A stretch of 64,000 nt of DNA from Stylophora pistillata (Eukaryota), in contig NW_019218119.1 in assembly GCF_002571385.2 (NCBI RefSeq), positions 142,382 to 206,381 on the forward strand, in the 5' to 3' direction. The notes under the pieces are model-generated. The model did not search any database. It was not told the DNA's origin and saw only the letters and a list, made by a program, of their open reading frames with translations. Position numbers and translations under genes: made by a program. Shown one piece after another: positions 62,085 to 64,000 of this stretch; positions within the stretch are counted from its first letter, which is position 1, and each line of letters begins with the position of its first letter.

Positions 62085-63155
62085 TTCGCAACGTTCTTTT
62101 TGATATTTTGAGACAACTGGAGTCGGGAAATAATTCTTCTGACACCTTGGATCATGTGCAAAACCGAATAGATCGCCTTTATGAAATTATACTAAGATGT
62201 TTTGATATTGGATTTGTTGACGAAAGTGTTAATTGTCACCGCTGTGAGAGAAACCGTTGACAGTTTCAAGTTGAACGACAATGATGTGATGTATAAATTA
62301 GGAAGAGTGTTTACTGGTAGTTCTGGTAGACCAAGATATAATGTTTCCAGAGAACAACTGGAATCCTTGGTTCAAAAGAGGTTCAGCACAGCTGAAATAT
62401 ACACAGGCAGCCCAAGCTCACTACCAGAAAAGTGAACGTGACTCTTACCGTGTTGCGCAACGTTTTATATTTATAAAGGTTTGTATGGGATGTTATCGGT
62501 TTGCCTTAAAAGAGAGGAAAAATGTCTTGTTTTGAAAAAAAAATGGACATACCTTATTGCCTTGTTGTTTTCTTTGTTGATTCCTAGCGTCTCAGGCCAT
62601 TTTGAAGCGTTATCGGCGAGTGAGCGCTAGTTGTAGCGCTAACTCGCCGAAAACGCTTCAAAATGGAAAGGCAACAAGGTAAGTCCATTTTATTTCAAAA
62701 CAAGACATTTTTTTGCTCTCTTTTAAGGCAAACCGATAACATCCCATACAAACCTTTTTAAATATAAAACGTTGCGCAACACGGTAAGAGTCACGTCCGC
62801 TTTTCTAGTAGTGGGCTTGGGCTGCCTGTGAAATATATAGCTGTTCGGGTTCTTCTCGGGGTAGGTAAACGAACCGTAAAGAGGCGATTGGAGAAATTTC
62901 ATAGAAGAATTAGATGCACAAATTACCAATATGCTAAGAAACTTTCCAAACACGGGACAGAAGCGCATTACAGGATTTTTGTTTTCCCGCAATGTACGAA
63001 TTCAGCAACAACGTATTCGCGAGGCAATGAGAAGGGTTAACCCGGAAGGAACACTTTTGCGAGCTTTAGACTAGAACATTGTACAAAGGAGAAAGTATCA
63101 AGTTAGAAGCCCCCTGGCATTATGGCATATCGACGGAAATCACAAACTTGTCAGG
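62085..63155 (+). mobile_element. Degenerate DDE integrase-core transposase (IS3EU-like), frameshifted and interrupted
   Basis: Fragments GRPRYNVSREQLESL..F..AEI, LLGVGKRTVKRRL (HTH), LPNTGQKRITGFL and IREAMRRVNPEG...RRKYQVRSPLALWHIDGNHKLVR|gt. Confidence 0.7.
62402..62830. mobile_element. Fold-back (nearly fully palindromic) MITE with 7-bp target duplication AAATATA
   Basis: CACAGGCAGCCCAAGC...GCTTGGGCTGCCTGTG; arms complementary over most of their length; aaatata at 62395-62401 and 62831-62837. Confidence 0.9.
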
Positions 63156-63479
63156 TATGTTGCATGTTAACGTATGGCACTAAAGTGTATAAAACACCAT
63201 GTTAGAACTGCGTAAGAGAATTTCTAATTTTGGCGCTAAGCACCCTTCTTAAAGGAGAATAACAATAGAACCATATTTCAAAAGAGTCACTCCTTTAGTT
63301 TTTGTACAAGATAAAAGATGAAAAACTAAATTGAATAGAAATAATAGTGATAATTAAGTACAATTAAAAATAGCTATAAAATGTTTTGTAAAGGACTTAA
63401 GAATTAAGTTTAAAAAAAAATCATAAAAATCTCAAAAACTAAATCTGATTAAAAATTACACAGCCCCGATAAAGAAAGC

Positions 63480-64000
63480 CTTTTTCGTACATTCTAACTT
63501 TATGGACGGGAGTCTAAGTTTACCACTGCTCCTTGTTGTTCTGGGCAATACATCCTTGTTATAAGTAAAGCAATACATAAAGAACTATGGACAACGGTTA
63601 TTTAAGCATTTCTTAACTAGACTCAGTACGTACATGGCTTCCACGCCTTTTCTAGTTACCTAACCTAAAACATTTGGCGCATTTTCGCTGTTCCCCAGAC
63701 GCATAACAATACGAGCAGCGCGCCTCTACACTTCTTCGACTTATCAGCGGTAACACTCCCACAGCAGCTCCACTCAGTGTCGCAGAAATCAAGCCAGAAT
63801 AGGCAGGACAAACGACGTGTCAACAGTACCTGCTGTGTACATATTTATGTTTTTCCTAATCTCTTCTTAACCTTAACGATCAAGTACTCAACGTGCACAT
63901 TCCACATAAGCGACGCATCGAGAACAACTCCAATATACTTATACTCAGAAGCGCGATTAAGTGATTTTCCGTCAATAACTACAGAGAGAGAAGTAGAAAG
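63480..64000 (-). mobile_element. Non-LTR retrotransposon (CR1/L2-like) ORF2 3' remnant
   Basis: Minus strand reads IDGKSLNRASEYKYIGVVLDASLMWNVHVEYLIVKVKKRLG...DFCDTEWSCC...RRAARIV with frameshifts. Confidence 0.75.

Overview
AT-rich, intron-containing animal genomic DNA with GT-AG introns, many MITEs, a tRNA-derived SINE and a LINE remnant. Gene content and repeat types suggest a cnidarian, probably a stony coral (inference). Two giant extracellular-protein genes sit head-to-head. Gene A (minus strand, runs off the left edge, at least 2613 aa in the window) encodes signal peptide, poly-Arg, TSP1, EGF, Ca-binding EGF, Cys-rich repeats, a disintegrin-like module and about 19 FN3/Ig-like 'DxTPP...W..F.D.ESG' repeats. 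Gene B (plus strand, 16 exons, about 6949 codons by my manual exon chain) encodes signal peptide, a vitellogenin/apoB-type lipoprotein N-terminal domain, a long helical region, a propeller-like region, about 30 of the same repeats, an FG-GAP-like propeller, a ZU5/GPS-like 'CHLTQF' site, Calx-beta, one TM helix and an NPxY tail; it carries two in-frame TAA stops late in the ectodomain. Between the genes (15.4-26.4 kb) is an interleaved array of phase-matched candidate alternative first exons for both genes: three intact for A, two intact for B, plus one decayed pair. They are arranged as repeated head-to-head cassettes, which resembles a two-directional 'variable first exon + constant region' system. 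To the right are a 5-exon CFAP141-like gene, a degenerate DDE integrase/transposase split by a palindromic MITE, and a LINE fragment. All exon boundaries were read by eye and are predictions.
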